Shown here piece by piece: positions 1 to 9,362 of a stretch of 64,000 bases of DNA; positions within the stretch are counted from its first letter, which is position 1; every line of letters begins with the position of its first letter. The stretch is from the IMG/VR virus record IMGVR_UViG_3300028423_000356, positions 71,503 to 135,502 of that record. One strand, written 5' to 3'. The DNA comes from a virus. Made by a program: the position numbers and the translations under genes. The notes under the pieces are model-generated. The model made no database searches, was not told the DNA's origin, and saw nothing but the letters and a program-made list of their open reading frames with translations.

Positions 1-1
1 T

Positions 2-1063
2 TCTAACACAAAACATGGTCTTAATGATATAATAAATGATTCTTCTAACCCTAATGGTGCTGTAGAATTCCCCAATCAGTTTTATATAGATGGTATTAAT
101 GTAACCGCTCAACAATATGTTAATGAAGGACCAGTTGTTGTACCACCTAATGATGCAACAGTATCGGAAAATACTTTAGTAACATTATCTGCAGCAGAAT
201 CTTATGATCCAGAAGGTGACGAATTAACATATAGTTGGACACAAGTTAGTGGACCAAGTGTTATTATAAATGACGCCAATACAAGTATCGCAAACTTCAC
301 AACTCGTTCATTACATCATTCTGATCCAGAAGATGTATATGAATTTACTGTAACAGTTTCTGATGGTATAAATGAACCCGTAACATCACCAATAATTAAA
401 GTGACTTCAACACCAAATCCAAATCAGGCACCTATGACACCAACTTTAACAACTTTATCAGTAAAAGGTGGTGAAACAATTACTATAAATGATACAACAA
501 CATACGATCCTGATGGTGATGAATTAACTTTTACATCAACACAAATATCAGGTCCAACTGTGACAATAACAGATATGAACTCTCGTGATATTGAGGTATC
601 TTTCCCAACTCTACCTTATGGAACATCAGATAACGTTGCTATTATAGACACTATTGTGTCTGATGGTTTGTTATCTTCAACAAGAAGATATTCAATAGCA
701 ATATCAACAGAACCAAACACTTCACCTATCGCAAATGCTGGATTAGATAAAGTTGTAAGTTCAGGTAGTGAGGTTATTTTATCAGGAATTGGTTCATCCG
801 ATCCAGAAGGTGTTCAACTAAGTTATAATTGGATTTTAAAATCAACAACTGGACAAACAGTTACTATAGTGGATTCAAATACAGTTTCACCATCCTTTGT
901 TGCACCAACTTTAAATCAAGGCGATTCAGATACTGTGTTAATATTCACATTAACTGTGTCAGATGGTGAATTAACCTCATCTGATGATGTGAAAGTTACC
1001 GTAAGAACACCCTTTAATGGGGTTTATAATTATTGTCCAAGTAACTGCAACTTATTCACATAA
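2..1063 (+). CDS. PKD/Ig-like repeat virion protein (5' partial)
   Basis: Frame is open from base 2 into the listed 401..1063 ORF; three PKD-like repeats (SYDPEGDELTYSW, YDPDGDELTF, PIANAGLD..SSDPEG..LSYNW..VSDG). Confidence 0.75.
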   Translation, partial: SNTKHGLNDIINDSSNPNGAVEFPNQFYIDGINVTAQQYVNEGPVVVPPNDATVSENTLVTLSAAESYDPEGDELTYSWTQVSGPSVIINDANTSIANFTTRSLHHSDPEDVYEFTVTVSDGINEPVTSPIIKVTSTPNPNQAPMTPTLTTLSVKGGETITINDTTTYDPDGDELTFTSTQISGPTVTITDMNSRDIEVSFPTLPYGTSDNVAIIDTIVSDGLLSSTRRYSIAISTEPNTSPIANAGLDKVVSSGSEVILSGIGSSDPEGVQLSYNWILKSTTGQTVTIVDSNTVSPSFVAPTLNQGDSDTVLIFTLTVSDGELTSSDDVKVTVRTPFNGVYNYCPSNCNLFT

Positions 1064-1083
1064 ATATCACAAAGGAAAATAAC

Positions 1084-2319
1084 ATGGATTTATTAAACTA
1101 TCAAAATACAAACGATTTAAGTTATTATGAAGGTGGTAAAATGACTATAACTATGGATAGTATTTTACTAAAACCGTATTATCAAGAATATGTTGATGAA
1201 AGTGATGGAACAAGAACTTATAGTAACCCCAAAGGTAATTACCCAGTAACAACAGCTGTTGTTTTTATCGATTCGGATGGAGAAGTTATGAAAGATGTGT
1301 TAGTTGATCCTTCCAACACATCTCCATCAACTTCACCGAATGAAGGTAACTGGACTTCAGGTGAATACTATAACGGTATTATACTTGAACCATTTCTATC
1401 AGTACCAGAATCTATAAATCTTTCTGTTTTTGACGGTAAAGTAGAAGTTAATTCTAGTCTTACTTATGAAATAGATGTTCCATTAGGTGCAAAAGGTTAC
1501 CATTGGGTTATTATAGAAAATATGGGTTCAGCAATTGACATTGACCCTTCACCCAATCCTAATGGTATACTTGGTTCCATTTTATTACAGAATGATTATT
1601 CAAATTCAGAAGATTTGGGATTACAACAATATGATAAATTATTATTTAGACAAAACTTAGTTGAAAATTTGAATTCTAATACTTTAAACATAACTAAGAT
1701 ATATTCTACGAAGACTTACACAGGTAGTTCGGTGGCAGTTGTACCAGGAGAAGAATTTTACTATTATGATTACCAAGGTAATTATAATCGTGGATACGTT
1801 GATTCAACTGGAGGTACCCCATACGGAAATGTTTTAGGTATAAGTTCATCAACTTCTTTCACAGAAACTTCACCTAAAGATTACACATCAACATACAATG
1901 CTGAATATGGTATGGTTGTTGAATATATAGATACTTTAGTATATGTTACTCAATCAACAAATGATAACATACCGATTGCTGTTGTTGTTTCAGATACTCT
2001 TTCTGGGTATACAAGAGGTGGTTATAAAGTAACATTAAACGCAGGATTTTCAAGTGATGCTGATGGTGATTCACTATCATATTCTTGGGAAGTTGTTTCA
2101 ACAAGCGGACCATCTGTTACACTAAGTAACTCAACAGAATCTACAACATCATTCGTTGCACCAGAATTACAAGGTGGTGATACAAATAACGAAATGGTAT
2201 TCAGAGTAACTGTAAATGATGGTAAATATACTGATAGTGCTGAAATAACAATAATTACTATGGCACCATTTGACCCAAATAAAAATTATTGTCCAAGTAA
2301 TTGCACATTTTTTCAATAA
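1084..2319 (+). CDS. virion-type protein with C-terminal PKD/Ig-like domain
   Basis: SSDADGDSLSYSW..FVAP..FRVTVNDG repeat; ends NYCPSNC like the upstream gene. Confidence 0.7.
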   Translation: MDLLNYQNTNDLSYYEGGKMTITMDSILLKPYYQEYVDESDGTRTYSNPKGNYPVTTAVVFIDSDGEVMKDVLVDPSNTSPSTSPNEGNWTSGEYYNGIILEPFLSVPESINLSVFDGKVEVNSSLTYEIDVPLGAKGYHWVIIENMGSAIDIDPSPNPNGILGSILLQNDYSNSEDLGLQQYDKLLFRQNLVENLNSNTLNITKIYSTKTYTGSSVAVVPGEEFYYYDYQGNYNRGYVDSTGGTPYGNVLGISSSTSFTETSPKDYTSTYNAEYGMVVEYIDTLVYVTQSTNDNIPIAVVVSDTLSGYTRGGYKVTLNAGFSSDADGDSLSYSWEVVSTSGPSVTLSNSTESTTSFVAPELQGGDTNNEMVFRVTVNDGKYTDSAEITIITMAPFDPNKNYCPSNCTFFQ

Positions 2320-2345
2320 TCAATAATAATATATATTAAAACTTC

Positions 2346-2372
2346 AGAACTCCTTAGGGAGTTCTTTTTTTT
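2346..2372 (+). terminator. rho-independent terminator
   Basis: agaactcc-ttag-ggagttct stem followed by T run. Confidence 0.85.
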
Positions 2373-2374
2373 AT

Positions 2375-2382
2375 TATAAATA
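2375..2382 (+). promoter_or_regulatory. T4-type late promoter
   Basis: TATAAATA upstream of 2409; gp55 encoded in window. Confidence 0.7.
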
Positions 2383-2408
2383 TATAAAAACACTGAATTA
2401 GGTTTAAA

Positions 2409-3908
2409 ATGATATATTACGATTCTATAAATGATGAAATAGTTATTGATAACGAACAAAGAGAGATAAATTTTTCAGATATAAGAACGTCTGTATTATC
2501 TCAAGGATATGGTATACATATAATCAATATTGGTAATATGTATTACATCGATTGTGATGTTAGAATAAAAAATAATTCTATAGTTAAAGACAGTAATATA
2601 TCAGTTACTGTTTTAGGTAAATATTTTCAGGTTGAAAAGGGTTCAAGTTTTCAATTAGGCGATTTGGGAGATAACGATACAACTTCTGGTGGTTGTTATT
2701 TTTCAATGCCTAACGTGGAAGTTGCTTATGGATTTGGTGAAAACACCATTATAAATGAATCAACTAATTCGGGTAATTTATATCTTTATAATTCTCGCAT
2801 AGACGTATACGGATTTTGGGGATTTTTTAGTGGTCCAAATCAAGAAGTTCATATTATTGATTGTGTTGTTAACGGATTTGGACGTGTTGAAGGTGAAACA
2901 TCAAGAGTTGAAAATGTAATTTTTGAAAAATCTCATCCTAGATATGGTATAATTGGACCTAAAGGAGAATTACTACAATATGAAAATTTGGTATCAAATA
3001 AAGGTGAAGATTGTAGTTTTTATTTTAATCCCGATTTGATTGGTGACACGTTAATTGTTAAAAATGCTGAATTGAATAACTATAATAGGTTGGTTTATTG
3101 TGAACCATCTGACACAGAAAAAGTTTGTAGATTTGTTGACGCTAAATTATCTGGAAACACACAAATAAGAAAAGATATAAACACAGTAATAGAAATTGCA
3201 TATACCTTTAATCCAATTTTTATTGATAATGATAATATTCCATTTTCAAATTCTTTAATTGAAATATATGATGAATATAATGAAATGGTTTTTAGTGGTT
3301 TAACAGATACTAATGGTAAAATAAATACACAATTAGTATTAAGAAGAATATATTGGGATACAAATGAAGATTATACCTCAACTCTTTTTAATGTGAGGAT
3401 AATAAAAGAAAATGAATATGTTGATTATCTTTATGAACACGATAGTCAACCTTGGTATAATAAACCATTCTTCATAAGAGATCCTTTAAAAGATATTGGG
3501 TTGATTGATAGTTCTAATGATAATATTATTGACAGTGATTTAACCGTTATTCCAGATAGTGATAATACGGGTAATATAATAGATTATGATATATCTGATA
3601 GTGCAAACATTGCAATATATATTTGTGAACATTTTGAAGAAGATATGATAAAACAAAAAGAATATGTGATTAGTAAGATATCAGAAACTGATTTATTAGA
3701 AAATATTAACATATACACAGATAGAGCAAGACATGCATATGATTTAAGACCATCATACGAATCTTTAATAATGAATGTGTTAAATGGTAATATAAAAAGA
3801 ATATATACATATAACCCAGAAACTTTTGGACCAACAAGAAAGAATCTTACAAATAAAATATTCAATTTGGTTGGAACTGAAGTAATTTACACAGCACCCA
3901 CTTTGTAA
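2409..3908 (+). CDS. hypothetical late protein, beta-rich (possible structural)
   Basis: 499 aa ORF behind a late promoter; beta-helix-like N-half, GLTDTNG motif. Confidence 0.5.
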   Translation: MIYYDSINDEIVIDNEQREINFSDIRTSVLSQGYGIHIINIGNMYYIDCDVRIKNNSIVKDSNISVTVLGKYFQVEKGSSFQLGDLGDNDTTSGGCYFSMPNVEVAYGFGENTIINESTNSGNLYLYNSRIDVYGFWGFFSGPNQEVHIIDCVVNGFGRVEGETSRVENVIFEKSHPRYGIIGPKGELLQYENLVSNKGEDCSFYFNPDLIGDTLIVKNAELNNYNRLVYCEPSDTEKVCRFVDAKLSGNTQIRKDINTVIEIAYTFNPIFIDNDNIPFSNSLIEIYDEYNEMVFSGLTDTNGKINTQLVLRRIYWDTNEDYTSTLFNVRIIKENEYVDYLYEHDSQPWYNKPFFIRDPLKDIGLIDSSNDNIIDSDLTVIPDSDNTGNIIDYDISDSANIAIYICEHFEEDMIKQKEYVISKISETDLLENINIYTDRARHAYDLRPSYESLIMNVLNGNIKRIYTYNPETFGPTRKNLTNKIFNLVGTEVIYTAPTL

Positions 3909-3916
3909 TATAAATA
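3909..3916 (+). promoter_or_regulatory. T4-type late promoter
   Basis: TATAAATA upstream of 3939. Confidence 0.65.
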
Positions 3917-3938
3917 AAAATAAAATTGAGAATATATA

Positions 3939-5147
3939 ATGTCTTACACCTTCGATGGAACAAATAAAAAAATCTTTATAGATTCATTAACACCTAATGT
4001 TAATGTCCAAGATTTATATTCCCGTTGGAAAGATTGGACATTAGAGAACGATAATTTAAAATATTTACCAGCATTTAGAACCTTTGGTGGTGATATTACA
4101 ATTGAAGGTCAAACTGCACCTCAATATTATTTTTTAATAAATGGTTGGAGAGTTGTTGTTGATGCATTTGACGCTACTTTTGAAACAAACTTATACACTG
4201 ATGAAGGTGATTCACCAGTAATAACTTTAAATAACGGAACAGCACAGATAAAAAATTCAGATGCCCCAATAATAGAATATGTTCAAGGGGAAACAACATT
4301 GGGTTTATCTGCTGAATACATATATGTGTCGGGTGTTAACGGTTCAGATGAATTTGGTGATGGTTCCTTCAACAACCCATTTTCAACACTCAATAGTGCT
4401 AAACCTATTGCAATCGAAAATAATATAAACAAACTATTTGTTTTAGATGGAACACATACATTAAATAACACCTTTGACAACTTCACAATATTATCTTATC
4501 TCCCATCCACTGAAATCATATTAACATCAACTGGTTCTTATATCAATACGAAATTTGTTAATGTTAAATTGTCAGGAACTATAACAAGTGGACCAATATC
4601 TGCTGATGGATGTGATATAAACAACCTTAACAATTTTAATGGTTACTTAACTAACTGTGGTATAAATTCTGGTGGAATTCAATTTAAAACAAATAGTATA
4701 AATTACTTGATAGATTGTTACACATCTTCAGTCACATCAAATCCTTTAATTAATATGACAGTGGATGGTCAGGTTAAGACCATAGTGAGGAATTATACTG
4801 GTGGTTTAGAAATATCAAATATGATTAACCCAGAAGATTACTTGAATATGAATTTTAGTAATGGAAATTTAAATATAAATAATAGTAATACAAATGGTAA
4901 TATTTTTGTAGGTGGAACTGTAAATTTAACAAATGATGGTAATGGTGTGAATGTGAATAAAAGTGACACTATAAATGAGATATTAGGAATTGATGCTAAT
5001 AACTTAACAGTATCTGTTGATGAGTTGGCGATTGCTAATGCTGTTTGGAATAAAGAAGTATCACAACTAACAAGTTCAAATGGAACAATAGGACAACATG
5101 TTTCTAAGGATTTGTTATCCGTGATTAAATATTTGGCATTGAAATAA
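3939..5147 (+). CDS. putative structural protein (beta-helix-like)
   Basis: YVSGVNGSDEFGDGSFNNPFSTL motif typical of beta-helix starts; IANAVW near C-terminus. Confidence 0.5.
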   Translation: MSYTFDGTNKKIFIDSLTPNVNVQDLYSRWKDWTLENDNLKYLPAFRTFGGDITIEGQTAPQYYFLINGWRVVVDAFDATFETNLYTDEGDSPVITLNNGTAQIKNSDAPIIEYVQGETTLGLSAEYIYVSGVNGSDEFGDGSFNNPFSTLNSAKPIAIENNINKLFVLDGTHTLNNTFDNFTILSYLPSTEIILTSTGSYINTKFVNVKLSGTITSGPISADGCDINNLNNFNGYLTNCGINSGGIQFKTNSINYLIDCYTSSVTSNPLINMTVDGQVKTIVRNYTGGLEISNMINPEDYLNMNFSNGNLNINNSNTNGNIFVGGTVNLTNDGNGVNVNKSDTINEILGIDANNLTVSVDELAIANAVWNKEVSQLTSSNGTIGQHVSKDLLSVIKYLALK

Positions 5148-5154
5148 GGAGAAT

Positions 5155-5385
5155 ATGATGTCTGAAGTAAGTGATTTTATTGATAAAATCTTAAATAAAG
5201 ATTATAACCAAGCAAACGATATTTTTAGTGATTTAATGTCTTCTCGTGTGAATGACTTATTAGATCAAGAAAAAGTTTCTGTTGCTTCAAACATGTTTAA
5301 TGATATCGAAACTCAAACTGAAACCGATGAAGATGCAGAAGACATTGACATTGATGATGAAGATTTGGGATTAGAAGACGAATAA
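5155..5385 (+). CDS. acidic prohead core protein (gp67-like)
   Basis: Small, very acidic C-terminus, upstream of gp21 as in T4-like phages. Confidence 0.55.
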   Translation: MMSEVSDFIDKILNKDYNQANDIFSDLMSSRVNDLLDQEKVSVASNMFNDIETQTETDEDAEDIDIDDEDLGLEDE

Positions 5386-5405
5386 TTAATGGAAAAATTA
5401 TTTAA

Positions 5406-5413
5406 TATAAATA
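5406..5413 (+). promoter_or_regulatory. T4-type late promoter
   Basis: TATAAATA upstream of head genes. Confidence 0.7.
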
Positions 5414-5442
5414 TAATTAAATAAAAATAAAAGAGTTGCATT

Positions 5443-5655
5443 ATGAAAAGATTCTCTGATATTAGACAACTAAATGAAAATAAAACAAATGTTGTTTTTG
5501 ATAAGAAAATAAACAATATACCAGTTGTGATATCTAAATCTAATGATAGTTACAAAACTCTAATCGACGGTGATGTGTTAGACGAATATAGTTCTCAAGC
5601 TGAAGCAGAAATGGCAGCAAAGGAATTTATAAAACAATATAAAGGTAAAAAATAA
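5443..5655 (+). CDS. small head-module protein
   Basis: 70 aa, coupled to gp21; N-terminus MKRFSDIRQLNE resembles a capsid-targeting sequence. Confidence 0.55.
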   Translation: MKRFSDIRQLNENKTNVVFDKKINNIPVVISKSNDSYKTLIDGDVLDEYSSQAEAEMAAKEFIKQYKGKK

Positions 5656-6320
5656 TGAAGCTTATTGCTGAATATGTTGACCAAGAAATAGAAGTATTAA
5701 AGGAATCAAAGGATGATGGTTCCAGTGAATACTTCATTGAAGGTATTTTTGCACAATCAGAACAAAAAAACCGTAATGGTCGTATTTACCCTAAACAAAT
5801 AATGGAAAATGCTGTCGATAAGTATATAAATGAACAAGTAAAGTCAAAGAGATCAGTTGGTGAGTTAAATCATCCAGATGGTCCGACTATTAACTTGGAT
5901 AAAGTTTCACATCTTATTACTAATCTTGAATGGAATAATAATGATGTGATTGGAAAGGCACAAATACTAGAAACTCCTATGGGTAAAATTGTAAAAGGTT
6001 TACTTGATGGTGGTGTTCAGTTGGGTGTCTCAACTCGTGGTATGGGAAGTCTTGAACAACGTAATGGTCTCATGTATGTAAAGGATGATTTCATTTTAAA
6101 CACTGTAGATATAGTCCAAGATCCGTCTGCACCAACAGCTTTTGTTAATGGAATTATGGAAGGTGTTGACTGGGTATGGAATAACGGTGTCGTTGAACCA
6201 AGAAGTGTGGAAAAAATGGAGACTGAAATTAAAAAGGCTCCACGTGCTGATCTCTATGAGGTTCAGGTTCGTGAGTTCAAAAATTTCCTCTCTTTATTAA
6301 AAAAAGAACATTTTAAATAA
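5655..6320 (+). CDS. gp21: prohead protease
   Basis: IEGIF..NRNGRIYP, GELNHP, LGVSTRGMGSL, DIVQDPSAP motifs. Confidence 0.95.
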   Translation: MKLIAEYVDQEIEVLKESKDDGSSEYFIEGIFAQSEQKNRNGRIYPKQIMENAVDKYINEQVKSKRSVGELNHPDGPTINLDKVSHLITNLEWNNNDVIGKAQILETPMGKIVKGLLDGGVQLGVSTRGMGSLEQRNGLMYVKDDFILNTVDIVQDPSAPTAFVNGIMEGVDWVWNNGVVEPRSVEKMETEIKKAPRADLYEVQVREFKNFLSLLKKEHFK

Positions 6321-6332
6321 GGAGTCGTTGAT

Positions 6333-7277
6333 ATGACAAAAGAAAACCAAAATATTGGTGATGAGCAGGAAATTAATGAAATGGAAGCTCAGGACCAACC
6401 AAAAGAAGAAGAGAAGTCAATAGATTCTGTGAAGAAGGGTGAAGAAAAAACCTCTTCTGCAAAAAAGCGTAAAGGTGACAACACCAAACAAGATCAAATA
6501 GAAACACCCCCAAAGGATGTTACTAAGCAAGGTGAAGTTAAAAAAGAAGACACAAATTCTTTTAGTGATGAACTTAACGCTATCATGGAATCAGAAGCAA
6601 CTCTATCAGAAGAGTTCAAAGAGAAAACAGCAATCATTTTTGAAACAGCTGTAAATTCAGCAATTGCTGATGAAATTACACGTTTAGAAGAGCGATATAA
6701 TAATCAACTAGAAGAAGAAGTTACAACAATTCGTAACGATTTAGTTGAAAATGTTAACTCTTATCTTAACTACGTTGTTGAGAATTGGATGGAACAAAAT
6801 GAACTTGCAATTCAGTCTGGACTACGTTCAGAAATTGCAGAAGATTTTATGGGTAAATTAAAAGATTTATTTGTTGAATCATATATTGATGTTCCTGATT
6901 CAAAAGTTGATTTAGTTGATGAACTTGCAGAAGAAGTTCAAGAACTAGAAACAAAACTAAATGAAACAACAGAAACTAATATTTCTCTAATTGAAGAAAA
7001 CAAACTACTACAAGCAGAAGCAATTCTTGCAGAAGCATCAAGTGATTTGGCTGAAACTCAAGCAGAGAAGTTAGCAAACCTAGCAGAAAGTATTGAATTC
7101 GATTCAGTGGAAGATTTTGCGTATAAAGTAAAAACTATCAAAGAATCTTATTTCTCAAATACTACATCTACTCAAGTCCTTGAAGATACAGATAATGATG
7201 ATGATGAAACTGAAATTGTAGAAACATCAGATACAATGGAGTCTTATCTTCAGGCAATTCGTAAAATTAATAAATAA
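6333..7277 (+). CDS. gp22: prohead scaffolding protein
   Basis: LSEEFKEKTAIIFE, YLNYVVENWM, acidic coiled coil between gp21 and gp23. Confidence 0.92.
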   Translation: MTKENQNIGDEQEINEMEAQDQPKEEEKSIDSVKKGEEKTSSAKKRKGDNTKQDQIETPPKDVTKQGEVKKEDTNSFSDELNAIMESEATLSEEFKEKTAIIFETAVNSAIADEITRLEERYNNQLEEEVTTIRNDLVENVNSYLNYVVENWMEQNELAIQSGLRSEIAEDFMGKLKDLFVESYIDVPDSKVDLVDELAEEVQELETKLNETTETNISLIEENKLLQAEAILAEASSDLAETQAEKLANLAESIEFDSVEDFAYKVKTIKESYFSNTTSTQVLEDTDNDDDETEIVETSDTMESYLQAIRKINK

Positions 7278-7306
7278 TAGATAAATTATCTTTAGGAGAA
7301 ATAAAT

Positions 7307-7507
7307 ATGCAACAATCATATGATAAATTAGTTCAAAAGTGGGCACCAGTTCTGAATGAAGAATCCGCTGGTAAAATCACTGACAATCACAGAAAAGCAG
7401 TTACAGCTGCTGTTCTAGAAAACCAAGAACAAGCAATGCGTGAAGAAGGTGCGGCACAAAACTTCTTAAATGAAGCAGCACCAGCAAACGCAGCTGCACT
7501 CTGGTGA
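7307..7507 (+). CDS. gp23: major capsid protein, N-terminal fragment (frameshifted)
   Basis: KWAPVL..RKAVTAAVLENQE; RBS aggag; stops after 66 aa. Confidence 0.85.
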   Translation: MQQSYDKLVQKWAPVLNEESAGKITDNHRKAVTAAVLENQEQAMREEGAAQNFLNEAAPANAAALW

Positions 7508-8456
7508 TAGTCACGGTGAACTTTCACAAAGTGAAGATCCTTCAGGTCTTGCTGGTCTTGATTCAACAAATAATAGTGATGGAACTGCATCCGATATTAC
7601 ACCTGAAATTGGTCGTGGTATGCAAACAGGTATCGGTGAAGCACTAGGTGATTCAGCAAATAATGCAATCGCTGAAATGGGTTTCACAATTGAGAAATCA
7701 ACTGTTACTGCAAAAACACGTGCACTAAAAGCAGAATACACAATGGAATTAGCACAAGACCTTAAAGCAATTCATGGTTTAGATGCTGAAACTGAATTGG
7801 CAAACATTCTTTCAACTGAAATTCTTGCGGAAATGAACCGTGAAGTTGTAAGAACAATCAATTCACAAGCAAAACTAGGTGCACAAACAAATCAAGTTAA
7901 TCTACCTGGTGCATTTGACCTTGCTACAGACGCAGACGGTCGTTGGTCAGTAGAAAAGTTCAAAGGACTTATTGTTCAGATTGAACGTGAAGCGAACCAG
8001 ATTGCAAAAGAAACACGTAGAGGTAAAGGTAACTTCGTTATCTGTTCTTCTGATGTTGCTTCTGCTCTTGCATCTTCAGGTATGTTAGACTATGCTCCAG
8101 CAATGTCAACAAACCTACAGGTAGACGATACAGGTAATACATTCGCAGGTGTTCTTAATGGTCGTACTCGTGTATACATCGATCCATATGCAACAGGTGA
8201 TTATGTAACTGTTGGATACAAAGGAACAAATACTTACGACGCTGGTCTATTCTATTGCCCATACGTTCCATTAACAATGGTTCGTGCAATTGGTGAGAAT
8301 AACTTCCAACCACGTATCGGGTTCAAAACACGTTATGGTATGGCAGTTAACCCATTTGTTCTTTCTCACGATCCTGAAAATCAGAATCTTGCTGCTTCAG
8401 CAAAGAGAAACCAATACTACAGAATTTTCCGTGTAGATAATATTCTTGCATCATAA
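7470..8456 (+). CDS. gp23: major capsid protein, C-terminal fragment (+1 frame)
   Basis: EMGFTIEK, RALKAEYTMELAQDLKAIHGLDAE, DGRWSVEKFKG, YCPYVPL, GFKTRYG motifs. Confidence 0.95.
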   Translation: MKQHQQTQLHSGDSHGELSQSEDPSGLAGLDSTNNSDGTASDITPEIGRGMQTGIGEALGDSANNAIAEMGFTIEKSTVTAKTRALKAEYTMELAQDLKAIHGLDAETELANILSTEILAEMNREVVRTINSQAKLGAQTNQVNLPGAFDLATDADGRWSVEKFKGLIVQIEREANQIAKETRRGKGNFVICSSDVASALASSGMLDYAPAMSTNLQVDDTGNTFAGVLNGRTRVYIDPYATGDYVTVGYKGTNTYDAGLFYCPYVPLTMVRAIGENNFQPRIGFKTRYGMAVNPFVLSHDPENQNLAASAKRNQYYRIFRVDNILAS

Positions 8457-8481
8457 TTTGGTGTAAATATTAAATAAAAAT

Positions 8482-8511
8482 AAGGAGTCCTAAATTTAGG
8501 GCTCCTTTTTC
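8482..8511 (+). terminator. rho-independent terminator after gp23
   Basis: aaggagtcctaa-at-ttagggctcctt stem plus T run. Confidence 0.85.
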
Positions 8512-8548
8512 TTTTATAAATAAAATAAATGATGATTAAGTGTTTTTT

Positions 8549-8612
8549 AGATATTATATCCCGGACTATAACAGGATTTAAGATATTATATCCCCCAGTA
8601 TAGAGGACTTAT
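8549..8612. repeat. 32-bp period imperfect tandem repeat
   Basis: agatattatatccc at 8549 and 8581, each followed by tata..agga(t/c)tta. Confidence 0.7.
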
Positions 8613-8810
8613 AGAATCAATAGATTAACTTAATCAACTCTATATTTTCTTTAAAGCTTATCTATACTAATAATTATAAGACTTTTTCCCCGTTTTTTTA
8701 CAAGTAGGATAAAAAAAAATAATTTAGATAATAGTGTGACATAAAAACAACAATATATGTGAATGGTTAATAAAATATTAAAGAAATATAAAAAAACATA
8801 CAACAGACTA

Positions 8811-8838
8811 TTGACATTTCTTATACTATATACTATAT
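8811..8838 (+). promoter_or_regulatory. sigma70-type promoter
   Basis: TTGAC-N17-CTATAT. Confidence 0.75.
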
Positions 8839-8861
8839 TATAACTAAATGAGGAATTTATT

Positions 8862-9362
8862 ATGAATGATAACAATATCAATACAAATTTAAATCTAATG
8901 CAACCAAATACATTTCAGGTTATATTAGATAGAAAAAAATTTGGTGTGTCAACATATATGGCACAAACTTTCAACCACCCATCTGTATCTCTTGGGTATG
9001 CCATTCAACCTTATGGTAAATTAAATATAGCACAACCAGGTGATAAATTTGAGATTGATTCATTGGAAATTAATTTTCTAATCGACGAAGATATGAAAGT
9101 TTATGAAGAATTATATAATTTGATGGTTTATACAAGAGATGTAAATATGAATAACATACCCTTTACTGATATGGATGAGTATGACCATCATTTTCAAATA
9201 TCAATAAACCTTTTATCTAATAAAAACAATATTTTAAAGACTATAAAATACTATGACTGTGTAATTACAGATTTGGGTAATATTCAGTTTGAAGCAACTG
9301 AAGGAGAAGATTATTTAACTTTACCTTCAACCTTTCAATTTAATAGTTTTGAGGTATTATAA
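8862..9362 (+). CDS. gp3: tail completion / tube terminator protein
   Basis: NLMQPNTF..PSVSL..PGDK..FLIDEDMKVYEE; synteny after gp23. Confidence 0.8.
   Translation: MNDNNINTNLNLMQPNTFQVILDRKKFGVSTYMAQTFNHPSVSLGYAIQPYGKLNIAQPGDKFEIDSLEINFLIDEDMKVYEELYNLMVYTRDVNMNNIPFTDMDEYDHHFQISINLLSNKNNILKTIKYYDCVITDLGNIQFEATEGEDYLTLPSTFQFNSFEVL

Noticed and set aside
7470-7510. Programmed frameshift or stop-codon recoding in gp23
   Set aside because: No obvious slippery site; readthrough stays in the wrong frame; a conserved block is missing regardless; other genes use TGA and TAG as stops
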